DNA of 64,000 bases from a virus (IMGVR_UViG_3300013383_000020:1-64000); one strand, 5' to 3'; positions 38,576 to 49,047 are shown, counted from the first letter of the stretch. The notes: generated by a model from the letters alone, not told the origin. Made by a program: numbers and translations.

Positions 38576-38761
38576 ATAGCAGACAAAAAACAACTAAATA
38601 CACCTATAACAGCGGACTTGCTGGATCAGTTTAGGGATGCTTGTAATGATTACAACCTTAAAATGAATGCTGTAATTGAGGCTCTTTTATCTGATTTTGT
38701 CAATGGTGATTATGATATTATTATCAACCGTAAGGATGGTATAAAGATCACCAGAAAATAA
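38576..38761 (+). CDS. Ribbon-helix-helix repressor
   Basis: KQLNTPI..DLLDQFR.AC....LKMN.VIE.LL..FV; RBS GGAGTGA precedes ATA 38576. Confidence 0.7.
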   Translation: MADKKQLNTPITADLLDQFRDACNDYNLKMNAVIEALLSDFVNGDYDIIINRKDGIKITRK

Positions 38762-38994
38762 TTACTATTAAAAACTATAAAAAAATAGTAAAAACTATTG
38801 ACAAGTAATAGCAGCTATGTTATAGTATCATTACAGGGTAACAAAAAACCCTGTACACCTTAAAAGATAATACAGGGTTAGAAAGATATACAATGTATAC
38901 CTATCCTCAACAAATAGATTATACATCATCTTTCTATAAGCTGTCAAGTCTGGCAGTAAAAAATCCCTTATTATATAAAGTTTTACACAGTCTT

Positions 38995-39290
38995 TGAGGG
39001 CTACCCGTTTATTAGGCATTAAGTGAATATACCAGCTTAGATCTTTTAAGTTGTGAGGGCTACCTAATAAAAAGGTTATAAGTGAATAAACAAGACTATA
39101 GCGGATCAAGGCTCTAAACCGCTGAATAATTAAAAATGAGATATCCACCTGAACCTTGACAAACAAATATAAGTAGTAAGTAAGAAGTATTCTTTGAGGG
39201 CTACCGGCTACAATTTTGAGGGCTACCAGTTTACCCATCACAGGGTATAGGGTTATAAGTTGCATAACAAATTGTTAGGGTAATAAGTGA
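38995..39290 (+). repeat. Four TGAGGGCTACC repeats with matching TAAGTGA-type motifs in a non-coding leader
   Basis: Copies at 38995, 39054, 39195, 39217; TAAGTGA/TAAGTTG at 39020, 39079, 39256, 39284. Confidence 0.8.
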
Positions 39291-39572
39291 TCTAACAGGA
39301 AGAAAATGAACACAAAAGTATTTCATACAGACAGGCTTCCAAATAGGAAGTACAGTTATAAGCATAAAATAACTTTATCAAAATAATGCTTGCGGATGTA
39401 CACGCAACCCAGCTTTCACGGCTAACAGAACCGCTGGTTTCCTGTTTTAAGGATGTAAAAAAGTAATGTACATTGCACTATGATAGATAGCTCTATAGAG
39501 TAGGTGCATAGTAAAAAATAACTCTTACATAAAAGACGGAATAACAAAAGTATATTTCAGGAGGTGGCAGCC

Positions 39573-39683
39573 ATGCCATACAACGAAATAAAAGAATCTG
39601 AAAACGGTTTCGGTTTTTACTTTGACGAGTGCGAAATCGAATTTGTTTCAGATTCTGAATACTTTGAATCCCTTGAGGATTAA
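39573..39683 (+). CDS. 36-aa acidic small protein
   Basis: AGGAGGTG RBS; MPYNEIKESENGFGFYFDECEIEFVSDSEYFESLED. Confidence 0.6.
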   Translation: MPYNEIKESENGFGFYFDECEIEFVSDSEYFESLED

Positions 39684-39849
39684 ACAATTATAACATAGGT
39701 AATAAATAAAAGCAAGGACAGAACGCAATCAATAATAGATCTGGCTTGCTTATTTTATTGCTTATAAGATGCCTATAATTTGTAGGCTCTATGAATTGTA
39801 GGCATAAATAAGCAATAAAAAGAGAATAAAAAGAAAGAAGGTTGATGAC

Positions 39850-39957
39850 ATGAAAAAGGTAATAATCAAGTTAAACGGAGTTTACATCGGATCTACAGAG
39901 ATGACAAAAGACGAGATCAGATCCGCTGAATATGCTGGATTTATAATTTTAGCATAA
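39850..39957 (+). CDS. 35-aa small protein
   Basis: GAAGGTTG RBS; MKKVIIKLNGVYIGSTEMT... Confidence 0.5.
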   Translation: MKKVIIKLNGVYIGSTEMTKDEIRSAEYAGFIILA

Positions 39958-39975
39958 GCAAAGGAGGCAGCAAAA

Positions 39976-40284
39976 ATGGCATATAACAGTTATAACAATT
40001 CAAGCAACGCAACGATTGAATTATATACCCTTGAGGATGCAAGGGAGATCTTAAAAAAAGAAGCAAGACAGAAACGACTTGCAAAGCAGAGAAGAGAAGC
40101 AAGGATCAAAGCTAAACGCAAAGCAAAATTTCTTTACTATCTCAAACAAAAAGCGTTAGGAGCTGGATTGATCGGGTTATCAATTTTAACCCCGATTATT
40201 TTAGACGGAGATGCAACCGCAAGTTTGTTTCTATTTCCTTTAGGAGTTTATACTCTTTTTACAAGAGAGAAGGTGTTATATTGA
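39976..40284 (+). CDS. Early membrane protein
   Basis: AAGGAGG RBS; basic helix plus two C-terminal hydrophobic segments. Confidence 0.7.
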   Translation: MAYNSYNNSSNATIELYTLEDAREILKKEARQKRLAKQRREARIKAKRKAKFLYYLKQKALGAGLIGLSILTPIILDGDATASLFLFPLGVYTLFTREKVLY

Positions 40285-40422
40285 TTTTAATAGCAGAATT
40301 GCACAACAGGAAAAGGCTAATACTTACATATAACGCAGAAAAAGAAGCAGATCAAGCTGGAATGTCGGTTGATGAATTTATCAAAGAGATTTTGAAAATC
40401 AATCCGCAATTTTCCAGAGTGT

Positions 40423-40695
40423 ATGCAAAATAACAATAAATTCGCACTTCCTTGGATTGGAGGCAAGAGAAAAATGAGTAAAAGCAATTATGAAAAATAT
40501 GCTGAAATAAAACAGCAGGAATTATTACATAAAGAAAGGAGTCTGCAACAGGCAATTAGTTGTCTACGGGATAGACGAAAGTTCGCATCATTACAATGTA
40601 TTGACAGTGCAATAGATTTTGTTGCCGACTTATACGATTTATCTATTGATGAAGTGAAACGAGCAATGGATGGAGAAGAATATTGGTGTATATAA
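40423..40695 (+). CDS. Hypothetical protein
   Basis: ORF; likely start ATG 40474 after GGAGG. Confidence 0.55.
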   Translation: MQNNNKFALPWIGGKRKMSKSNYEKYAEIKQQELLHKERSLQQAISCLRDRRKFASLQCIDSAIDFVADLYDLSIDEVKRAMDGEEYWCI

Positions 40696-40816
40696 AACTA
40701 AGATTTCTTGGGAAGAATGGAGGTTGATTTAATGTTAAATGCAAAGGACTCACAGATTAAACTTGAAAAATATTATGCAGATTGTGTAAAATTTTGGATA
40801 AGACAAAACGGAATTA

Positions 40817-41419
40817 ATGAAAGAGAGGTTGATTAGTATGATGAAATACGAAATAGAAGAACCAAAAGGATTTGGTAGTACATGGGTAAATGTAATAGGC
40901 AAAAATGCAAAACAGGAAACAATGGTAATTGAAATTGTGCATTGCGAAAATCCAGGTGGAAACAATTCACTCCCTTATCTGTGGCACAAAAAAGGCTGGA
41001 CAGATAAGGTAATGGAAACTTATATTGGTTGTCATACTTATGTACATGATTCAGAAAATGGCTGTTATGGTGGATACAATGTAACAGAAAAATTTGATGG
41101 AAAGCGAAATGTGATTAACTTTGATTGGCTACTTGAGGACACAGAGGAAAACAGAAAGAAAATTATTGAAGAATGTATTAGATTATTTGAATCTGCTACA
41201 AGTAAAAGTGCAACAGAAAAGAAACTTGAACATGTAATGGAAGTGGCAAAGGAGAGAGGTCTTGAAGTTGTATTTGAATTGCCTGAAGGTTGGAAAAAGA
41301 ATCCGCTTATGACAGATCCTTGGGGAGCTGTAACCATTGACAATGGAAAGCCAGTTTTCATTAAAGTTGGAGATAGGCATAAGAAAAATCCAGAGTATAA
41401 GAGAATGTTATTAATTTAG
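40817..41419 (+). CDS. Hypothetical protein
   Basis: 200-aa ORF with GAGGT RBS. Confidence 0.7.
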   Translation: MKERLISMMKYEIEEPKGFGSTWVNVIGKNAKQETMVIEIVHCENPGGNNSLPYLWHKKGWTDKVMETYIGCHTYVHDSENGCYGGYNVTEKFDGKRNVINFDWLLEDTEENRKKIIEECIRLFESATSKSATEKKLEHVMEVAKERGLEVVFELPEGWKKNPLMTDPWGAVTIDNGKPVFIKVGDRHKKNPEYKRMLLI

Positions 41420-41427
41420 GAAGGAGC

Positions 41428-41958
41428 GTGATGAATATGTTGCCACAGATTCAGTATGACAAAGCATTACTTGGCAAAATGAAAAGCAATTACTTTAATG
41501 CAAAGGCATTATATGAAACCATTAAGGCAAATGCAGAAGAGATTCAGAGAAAAGTTCTTGCAGAGAATGAGTTCTACGAGACAGAAGATGTTGCGGAGAT
41601 GATGGAAAAGAGAGGTGGAACTGGTAAGCCAGAACGGATTCTTGATCCTGATTTAACATATATGATGGATTTAGATAATGAGTTGCCACGATTCATTGAT
41701 TTGTGCTATCCAGAATATGTGAAAGCAGGTATTGCAGATCCAAGAGGTAAAGATTATATACCAGAAGCAAATGCAAAAGATTTGATGTATGAAGCAGAAA
41801 AGCAGCTTGTAGAGTATGGAATTGATATTATTCCTGACGAATTTGGAGAAAAGGAAACTCTTAGAAAGGCAGTACAGATGATTAAGTACAGAGATAAAGT
41901 GCTTGATTTGGTATTGAGATTAGAAAGTACGGAGGTTGAAAATTATGCAGATTATTAG
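41428..41958 (+). CDS. Hypothetical protein
   Basis: 176-aa ORF with AAGGAG RBS. Confidence 0.7.
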   Translation: MMNMLPQIQYDKALLGKMKSNYFNAKALYETIKANAEEIQRKVLAENEFYETEDVAEMMEKRGGTGKPERILDPDLTYMMDLDNELPRFIDLCYPEYVKAGIADPRGKDYIPEANAKDLMYEAEKQLVEYGIDIIPDEFGEKETLRKAVQMIKYRDKVLDLVLRLESTEVENYADY

Positions 41959-42277
41959 AAAAGGAACTACACCAAACGGAACAGATATTCAAATTGAAGA
42001 TTGGAGCGAAGACTATTCTTGTTATAACAAAAATGCAACTATTGGATTTTATCCAATGGCATTAGAAAGTATTTATAGAGAAGATCATCCAGATTAGACA
42101 CCATATCCAAAGAGAGGTGAAACATTCAGAGCTTCATTCGATTTTGAGACAGAAGCGGATGCATTAGAAGCATTTGTATTATTAGAAAATGGTTGTAAAT
42201 GTTTTATGGACTACATAGACCATTTTGCAACCAACGTTATACCAAAAGTAAATTTTATAAAAGCAATTGGCAATTGA
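41945..42277 (+). pseudogene. Hypothetical gene with an internal amber stop
   Basis: GGAGG RBS, ATG 41945, in-frame TAG at 42095-42097, frame continues 59 codons to TGA 42277. Confidence 0.7.
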
Positions 42278-42310
42278 AATTGTAATTTATAGTGAAATTT
42301 TAGAAAGGTA

Positions 42311-42631
42311 ATGGTGAATAGTATGAAAAAAATTATTAACGGAAAGATGTATAACACAGAAACAGCAAAGGAAATTGCTACATGGAGTAATTCATATAAT
42401 TATGGTGATTTTAACTATTGCGAAGAAACACTTTACAAAAAGAAAACGGGTGAATATTTCCTGTATGGTGAAGGTGGAGCATTAAGTAAATATGCAAGAT
42501 CGTGTGGAAGTAACGGAAGTTGTGGCGGCACTGAATTTATTCCATTCAGCGAAAATGAAGCAAAGGAATGGATGGAAAACAATGCAGATGCAGATGATTA
42601 TATTGCAGAATTCGGAGAAGTTGAAGAATAA
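42311..42631 (+). CDS. Conserved phage/ICE hypothetical protein
   Basis: KKIINGK.Y.TETA, ETLY.K.TGEYFL.GEGG..S.Y motifs. Confidence 0.75.
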   Translation: MVNSMKKIINGKMYNTETAKEIATWSNSYNYGDFNYCEETLYKKKTGEYFLYGEGGALSKYARSCGSNGSCGGTEFIPFSENEAKEWMENNADADDYIAEFGEVEE

Positions 42632-42735
42632 TACAGAGAATAATAAGGCAGACGCAAACAAATGTGTCTGTCTTATTTATTAGAAGGAGAATGCGAAATG
42701 AGAGAGTGCATATATGTATAGGAAGGATAGATATT

Positions 42736-42909
42736 ATGAAAAGAAAAACATATAACAATGTATTAAAAGCTGCAAAGCTGATTCAAAAGAAAGGATATGA
42801 ACAGAAAGAAGCGTTGGAAATTGCAGTACAGAAATTTGATGAGTTAGAACAAATGCACAATGGAATGTCCGTTGAGTGGCTGATTAGTAAGATGTCTGTA
42901 AAAAAATAA
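42736..42909 (+). CDS. Small hypothetical protein
   Basis: AGGA RBS, MKRKTYNN.. Confidence 0.55.
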   Translation: MKRKTYNNVLKAAKLIQKKGYEQKEALEIAVQKFDELEQMHNGMSVEWLISKMSVKK

Positions 42910-43199
42910 AACCAAAGGAAAGAACTGTTTCAACGGAGAATATTATAACGGATAGAAAAGCAGAGATTATATATCCCTGCTTTTTCTATAAATACATAGT
43001 AGGAGGTGTCAGTATGATTAGACCATATCCGAAGTATGGTTACTGGTATATTCCTGGATGCAATATTCAGTTTGAATCTGATGATGCAGCAATGGAATAT
43101 ATTAGGGAATACTACTAACAACAAGGGATATCAGTGCTAGCTGGTATCCCAAACTCCTATATGGATTATAACACAAAAGTAAGGAAAGAGGTCAATAAA

Positions 43200-43370
43200 A
43201 TGGCAAAATTTAATGTTAGATATTATGAGTGTTATGAAGGATATTATGAAGTGGAGGCAAATAGTAGAGAAGAAGCAGAAAAAATAATAATTGAAGATAT
43301 TTGCGAAGGTAGAGAAAACGCACCAGATCAGTGTTATGATAGTGGTGTAGAAGCTACGGAAATGGAGTGA
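43200..43370 (+). CDS. Small acidic hypothetical protein
   Basis: GAGGT RBS; VEANSREEA motif. Confidence 0.6.
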   Translation: MAKFNVRYYECYEGYYEVEANSREEAEKIIIEDICEGRENAPDQCYDSGVEATEME

Positions 43371-43376
43371 TAAATT

Positions 43377-43592
43377 ATGTACAAAACATATTATAGAGTT
43401 GAAATGGTAAATGGAAGCGGTAGTTTCCCAGATAAATACAATACATACGAAGCAGCATATGATGCAATGTGCAAGAATTATGTAAGAGAAATTAATGAAG
43501 GATACAAACCAACATTATATAAAATTGTAAGATATAGCCATTCAGAATTTGATGGTCGTAAAAATACAATGATTCAGCCGTGTTGGAGTTAG
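43377..43592 (+). CDS. Hypothetical protein
   Basis: GGAGTGA RBS, 71 aa. Confidence 0.6.
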   Translation: MYKTYYRVEMVNGSGSFPDKYNTYEAAYDAMCKNYVREINEGYKPTLYKIVRYSHSEFDGRKNTMIQPCWS

Positions 43593-43604
43593 GAGAGTGA
43601 TTAT

Positions 43605-43970
43605 ATGGTAACAGAAAACGGAATGGTTATGATGACATTAGGCGAATATCATAGCTTAAATGTAACAAAGAATAAGGTAAAAGAGATTGAAAAGTCAAAC
43701 GAGATGTTACGCAAGGCAATGATACAGTTGACTGGTAAAGGCAATACAACAGATATTAAAGTTTCTCGTTCAGATTTTGTTAAAATGCACGACATGGCAG
43801 TAAACGAAATGTTTGAAACTAATAGCAATGAGAATGATGTTTATGGACATGATATTACAGTACATTGGCATGGAATGTATTGTAGTTGTTCAGATGGAGC
43901 GACACCGAATAATTACATAATTCCTGCAATAATGGATTGTGATGAAGAATTAGATTGGGAGGAGGAATAA
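43605..43970 (+). CDS. Hypothetical protein
   Basis: 121-aa ORF with RBS. Confidence 0.65.
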   Translation: MVTENGMVMMTLGEYHSLNVTKNKVKEIEKSNEMLRKAMIQLTGKGNTTDIKVSRSDFVKMHDMAVNEMFETNSNENDVYGHDITVHWHGMYCSCSDGATPNNYIIPAIMDCDEELDWEEE

Positions 43971-44257
43971 TGCAAATGAGAGAATTTATAGTCAGATGGA
44001 CAGCAGATGGATATTGCGTAGACTTTTACCATATGGTAGTTGCTGAGTCTTTAGATAAGGCAAAAGAATTATGGAATGAATATGTAAATACACATAAAGA
44101 TATTCAGTATTCTTGGAAGAAGGTAAGCAATGCAGTTAAATATCATCATGGTGGATATATTACATGGAAAGATAATGGAGAAAGTAACAAGGCTGAAGGT
44201 TGTTACGAAATGGAAAATGTGAATACCTATGAAGGTAGCGATCATTTAAGAGATTAA
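43970..44257 (+). CDS. Hypothetical protein
   Basis: GGAGGAGG RBS, coupled TAATG start. Confidence 0.6.
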   Translation: MQMREFIVRWTADGYCVDFYHMVVAESLDKAKELWNEYVNTHKDIQYSWKKVSNAVKYHHGGYITWKDNGESNKAEGCYEMENVNTYEGSDHLRD

Positions 44258-44330
44258 AGGTAGTCCAAAATCGAAAGAGATTGGATAGAGGTTGAGGTTC
44301 ACAGCCAGTTACTTGTGGTAGCGAATGGAA
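44256..44330 (+). ncRNA. Repeated small structured RNA motif, copy 1
   Basis: Near-identical to 49048-49125; covarying copy at 63413-63472. Confidence 0.6.
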
Positions 44331-44378
44331 ATAAAAAGCCAATGAATCGATGATTTACTGTGGAAAGGAGTAATAGAA

Positions 44379-44852
44379 ATGCATGAAGATTTTGAACCAT
44401 TAGACGAATATAATGGCAATATTATTAGAATTGACCGTCTTATTGAATTTCTTCCAACTGAACATTGGTCATGGGATGATACTAGGGAAATAAATTTAGA
44501 TGATATTTCAGTTGCTATTCATAAAGCAATTTCAGAAGTGTCTGAGCCATATGGAGATACATGGAAACATCCTGTACTAGAACAGAAATCAAGAGATTGG
44601 CATATAGGAAGAATTATTTATTTTATCAATCATCCAAAGGAGATTAGAGATATTGAGATTGATAATGAATGCGACAATGGGTTTATTCTTCCACAGCCTT
44701 TCATTGTAGATGGCTGGCACAGATACGCAGCGGCAAGATGGTTATATGACCAAGGTAAACTGACAGAAATTCATTGTAGATATGGTGGCAGAATGGACAT
44801 ACTTGAATATTTACAGGGAAAGACAGATAGTTTTGACAGTGAACCTGTATGA
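44379..44852 (+). CDS. ParB/sulfiredoxin-like domain protein
   Basis: IVDGWHRYAA motif. Confidence 0.6.
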   Translation: MHEDFEPLDEYNGNIIRIDRLIEFLPTEHWSWDDTREINLDDISVAIHKAISEVSEPYGDTWKHPVLEQKSRDWHIGRIIYFINHPKEIRDIEIDNECDNGFILPQPFIVDGWHRYAAARWLYDQGKLTEIHCRYGGRMDILEYLQGKTDSFDSEPV

Positions 44853-45606
44853 CATAATATAAAGAAACGGAAAATTCAAAGAAATATTCGCAAAAGTCAA
44901 CTTTGCGAATATTTCTTTGAAATAATATTACACGTGTCAAGAGAATAAATAAGAGGTTGATTAATTCGATCTCTTATTTTGATGGAAAGGAGATTGATAA
45001 AAATGCGATATGTAATAAGGAATAGACATGCTGGGAATTTCATTGATGAATATGATGATAAAAATAAGGCAATTTATACGTTGGATTTATTTGAAGCACA
45101 GGATTTAATTGATGGAATTTATGAACCACACTTTTATGAAGTATATGACACTGTAAATGAAGAATCAATTTACGAAGGGAGATATCCTAATGCCAATATT
45201 TGATTTGTCCGGTTGGAATGTGAAAACATGGAAATATAATTCACGGAATGTTGAAGAACAGCTACATAAAAAGAATGCTTGGATTGCAAAGAATTACAAA
45301 CGGTATCAAATTGAGGAAATATATGTAGATGGAGCATGGGCAATACAGTACAGAAGGAGGGAAAAAAATGGAATATGTGAGTTGTGTTGTGGATGAACTT
45401 GGAACACCAATGTATCGAGTGTCGTACTTGGAACAACGAGGATGTTTAGATGAAGTATTAGATAACCATCCTGAATGGAGAGTTATATGTTTGCTGTTTG
45501 GAGAGGAGTGATTGTATGTATATAGCTCAAATGCCAAAAGTTATAACAAAGAAATAGTAGAGAATATATAAATATGGTATAATTAAACTGAAGGAGGTTG
45601 ATTTAG

Positions 45607-45822
45607 ATGGGAGTTTTAATTTTAATAATTATTGTAATTGTTCTTATAAGTTTAATTTTGAGTGATCCAGGAACAAGTAGTTCAACAACTACAACAAAAT
45701 ATACACCACAACGTAAGTTCGGTGATGGAGCAAGTATGTATGATTTTAAGGATTATGTAAATACAAAAGCAGACAAACACTTGAAAGAAATGGAAGCGAA
45801 GAGAGAAAATAAATTTAGATAG
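45607..45822 (+). CDS. Small membrane-anchored protein
   Basis: AGGAGG RBS; N-terminal hydrophobic helix. Confidence 0.65.
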   Translation: MGVLILIIIVIVLISLILSDPGTSSSTTTTKYTPQRKFGDGASMYDFKDYVNTKADKHLKEMEAKRENKFR

Positions 45823-45830
45823 AATAGAAA

Positions 45831-46496
45831 GTGAGGTCGATGATTATGTTAGGAGCATTATTATATGGAGCAATGTCAGCAGTGTGTGGACTTGGTAGAG
45901 CTGTTGATAACGAAAAAACTAAAATAAATACTACACATGTGAACGAAAAGGGACAAACAGTGTATTATGATAGAAACTGTTGTTGCTATATAAATAACGA
46001 AAAGGTGTACAACTGGACAGAAATTGATAAATATGGTCGTACACATCGACTAACAATCGGTATGAATAGTGGTCGTGTTTATAATGATACGTGGGATAAA
46101 ATAACCACAGAAGATGATTGTAAAACAAAAGAGTCATACGAGGATGCAGTTAGAAGAGGTTGGTTAGCTTATACAGATTATAGCGACTACAGATTTGCTT
46201 GCAATTCTGGTGTAACAAAAGAAATTAGTACAGGAAAAGTGATAAATTGTCTCGATGAAGTGTATAATCTTACAACAAGAAAAAAAGAGTATAGAAAATG
46301 GTATGTTACAGAAGCTGCATTAAAGGAACATGGGAAATATGCATATAAGAATACTGCAAAAGGTGATTACGGAATTGTAATTACGAAAGAAGAATATTGG
46401 AAACTTGGGGGTAAATGTGCATTTAATATGGCTCATACTCCAACAGATCGGATTGTATGGGAAAAATTATATGGAATAGGAGGCACACATGAATAA
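45831..46496 (+). CDS. Hypothetical protein with N-terminal hydrophobic segment
   Basis: 221-aa ORF. Confidence 0.65.
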   Translation: MRSMIMLGALLYGAMSAVCGLGRAVDNEKTKINTTHVNEKGQTVYYDRNCCCYINNEKVYNWTEIDKYGRTHRLTIGMNSGRVYNDTWDKITTEDDCKTKESYEDAVRRGWLAYTDYSDYRFACNSGVTKEISTGKVINCLDEVYNLTTRKKEYRKWYVTEAALKEHGKYAYKNTAKGDYGIVITKEEYWKLGGKCAFNMAHTPTDRIVWEKLYGIGGTHE

Positions 46497-46736
46497 AGAA
46501 CGCAGACGTAGTATTAATAACATCAAGGCAAACATAGCAAGATTAAAGAAGGAATTGCAGATTTATCATCAGAATTATCTATTGTATTAGACCAGGAGCA
46601 GGACACATTTGATAATATGCCAGAAGGATTACAAAGCAGCTACAGAGGAATGTGTTCTGAAGATGCTATTGATTCTATGGAAGAGGCAAGCGAAAAACTT
46701 GACGAAGTGATTGAGTTGTTAAATGATATTGTGTAG
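46489..46736 (+). pseudogene. Frameshifted coiled-coil protein gene
   Basis: MNKERRRSI.. frame and ..EQDTFDNMPEGLQSS.RG.. frame differ by one missing base near 46555-46560. Confidence 0.7.
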
Positions 46737-46776
46737 AATGGAAACATAAGAAGTAATAGTTTCTTTGGAAGATTCA

Positions 46777-46822
46777 ATCAATATATTGTGGTTGTGAGAT
46801 GCATAAAACACAATATATAGTA
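46777..46822. promoter_or_regulatory. Tandem NrdR-box-like sites
   Basis: ATCAATATATTGTG and CACAATATATAGTA, 32 bp apart. Confidence 0.55.
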
Positions 46823-46949
46823 TAAGGCAAACGCAAACCGCTAGTAGTAAAACACTGGCGGTTATTTTTTAACTAATAAGTGTTGAAAATGTGTTGACAT
46901 ATTCAATAATAAGTGATACGATATAGGAAATCAAAGGAGGTGCATTTGG

Positions 46950-47120
46950 TTGAGAACAAAATTTAACACTTCCATTGATTCAGAGATCCTACAGAAATTC
47001 AAAAACAAATGCAAAGAAGATAAATTGCCAGTAAGTGTTGTACTTGAGCGATTTATGAAAGGTTATATTGAAGACAAATTTGTTCTTGGAATGATGTGGT
47101 CTGATAATAATGGAAAATAA
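46950..47120 (+). CDS. Ribbon-helix-helix protein (paralogue of 38576-38761)
   Basis: TTGACA promoter, AAGGAGG RBS, MRTKFNTSIDSEILQKFKNKC....PVSVVLERFM. Confidence 0.7.
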   Translation: MRTKFNTSIDSEILQKFKNKCKEDKLPVSVVLERFMKGYIEDKFVLGMMWSDNNGK

Positions 47121-47393
47121 AAAGAGCAGGTTCTCCACCGTCCAAAGCGAAAACCTACTCTTAGAACAACTTGAACCTAAGTCCTAGTCATTACATATTA
47201 TATCGTATTTTCTGGACTTATTCAAGTCACATTTTCCAAACAAAAATTGCGTACCTTGAAAACTGAATAACAGATTGGCTATCTGTAAAAGCCGTCGTGA
47301 TGGAGTTGGAATACTCTCGATAGTCTGCGAGCAAAATGGAGAATAAACATTAGAAGGCTATCAACAAATTTATATAAGAAAGGAAGATACGAT

Positions 47394-48104
47394 ATGAAAG
47401 AAGTATTAGAAACAAGAAATGAGATTGAAATTTTTAACAATGAGAATTTCGGACAGATTAGAACTATTGTAATTGATGGAAATCCTTGGTTCGTAGCAAA
47501 AGATGTTTGCGACATTCTTGGAACAACAAATCCAACAATGGCAATGGATGGGTTAGAGGATTTTGAACGGGCTAAGTTTAACTTAGGTCGTCAGGGTGAA
47601 GCAAATATCATAAGTGAAAGTGGATTTTATACACTTGTACTTAGAAGTAGAAAGCCAATTGCAAAGCCATTTAGAATTTGGGTAACGTCAGAGGTTCTTC
47701 CATCAATCAGAAAGACGGGCAGTTATGTTGCAACTCAATCTAATAAAGTAGAAACAATGCTTGAAGATATGGGCTGCAATATGAAAGTTGTGTATGCTCA
47801 GATTAACAATATGGAAAATATGTTGGGCGAGCAGACAGAAAAATTAAATCAGGTAGTAGATAATATGACTCTTACTACAAGACAGCAACAGAGAATTTAC
47901 AAAGCAGCGAAAGATAGAATCAATCAGTTGCTTGGTGGTGCTCATTCAAAAGAATACAAGGCAAATTCAAAAAGCTATTTTATAAATCTTTGGAATGGAT
48001 TGAAGAGTGAGTTCGGGTGTGGCAGTTCTTATAAGGATCTGAATCCTATTTACTTTGATGACGCAATGAATTTCATTCAGAATTGGATTTACATAGAAGA
48101 TTAA
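47394..48104 (+). CDS. BRO-N phage antirepressor
   Basis: F.NE.FG.IRT...DG.PWFVAKDVC.IL, ISESG.Y.LV.RSRKP.AK.FR.WVT.EVLPSIRKTG.Y. Confidence 0.92.
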   Translation: MKEVLETRNEIEIFNNENFGQIRTIVIDGNPWFVAKDVCDILGTTNPTMAMDGLEDFERAKFNLGRQGEANIISESGFYTLVLRSRKPIAKPFRIWVTSEVLPSIRKTGSYVATQSNKVETMLEDMGCNMKVVYAQINNMENMLGEQTEKLNQVVDNMTLTTRQQQRIYKAAKDRINQLLGGAHSKEYKANSKSYFINLWNGLKSEFGCGSSYKDLNPIYFDDAMNFIQNWIYIED

Positions 48105-48124
48105 AATATAGAAAGGATTAATAA

Positions 48125-48970
48125 ATGGATTATATAGATATAAACAAACTTACAGAAGAAGAAAAAGTGAAGGCATTAAGAAATTTTTCGGAGCTAATGA
48201 CACAATATGAAACAATGAGAAAGAATATTTCGGATATTGTATATGAATTAAAAAATAGATATGAGACTGAAGGAGAAACTGAAAAATTATGTACAGACAT
48301 TCTTAGTCAATATATTAAAAATTATGGGAAGAAACATAACTATGTGTACTTCTTTAGGAATAAATACAATAATTTAGTAAAAATAGGCTGTACGACAGAT
48401 ATTGTAAAACGCTATGGAGATATTAAATCAATATGTAAAAATTATATTGGAATGGAAGATGCATTGCGAATAGAAGGAGCAATAGATACTTCTTTTATCA
48501 AGCCGGAAAAGGTGGAAAAATATTTACATGAAAAATATAAGAAGTATCGTAAATTTGGTGAATGGTTTGAGTTTCCAGATGATGTATGGAAAGAACTTTA
48601 CTATCTTTTTATAGAAGGTGATAATTTTGCAGAAATGATAAATGATAAAGATGTCGAGAAATTGGATATCCCAAATAAAATACATAACATTATGTATGTT
48701 GGCTCTCCTGCGGACAATGAATTTATCAAGCTATTATCAAATAATACAAAGACAAAAGAAATTGAAAGAGAATTAGTGGAAATGTATATTGATAAACTTA
48801 CTAATATGTTATCTGGAATTCATTTCAAGGTAAAATTCTTTAATGAGGATGAGCCATTTTATAGATTATTGTACATGGATTTTATGGATAAATTCGTAGA
48901 AGAAAAATTTGATTTGTCAATTTATACGTTTGAGCATATGAAAAATTATTATATGAATCAAACTGAATAA
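48125..48970 (+). CDS. T5orf172/GIY-YIG family protein
   Basis: YVYF.....LVKIG.T..I.KR, E..LH....YR..GEWF. Confidence 0.85.
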   Translation: MDYIDINKLTEEEKVKALRNFSELMTQYETMRKNISDIVYELKNRYETEGETEKLCTDILSQYIKNYGKKHNYVYFFRNKYNNLVKIGCTTDIVKRYGDIKSICKNYIGMEDALRIEGAIDTSFIKPEKVEKYLHEKYKKYRKFGEWFEFPDDVWKELYYLFIEGDNFAEMINDKDVEKLDIPNKIHNIMYVGSPADNEFIKLLSNNTKTKEIERELVEMYIDKLTNMLSGIHFKVKFFNEDEPFYRLLYMDFMDKFVEEKFDLSIYTFEHMKNYYMNQTE

Positions 48971-49047
48971 ATAATAATCTGAGTGCTGATATGAAGCATT
49001 CGACTTGTTCTATACTTCTCAAGTCAAAAGAAGTAGTGTATAATAAT

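Larger units (their letters stand above)
37840..38826 (+). promoter_or_regulatory. Four tandem sigmaA promoters overlapped by AACTAY/RTAGT operator repeats
   Basis: TTGACA at 37846, 37969, 38516 and 38798, each flanked by several ACTA(C/T) half-sites. Confidence 0.7.

Noticed and set aside
38831-39265. 144-aa minus-strand ORF
   Set aside because: Antisense to a repeat-rich early leader, no RBS, atypical composition.
38995-39290. CRISPR or TIGR array
   Set aside because: Irregular and nested spacing, 8-nt cores, and no cas or Nop-domain gene recognisable in the window.
42095-42097. Amber stop-codon recoding of the genome
   Set aside because: Only one case; TAG terminates core genes such as the major capsid, and no suppressor tRNA is seen.
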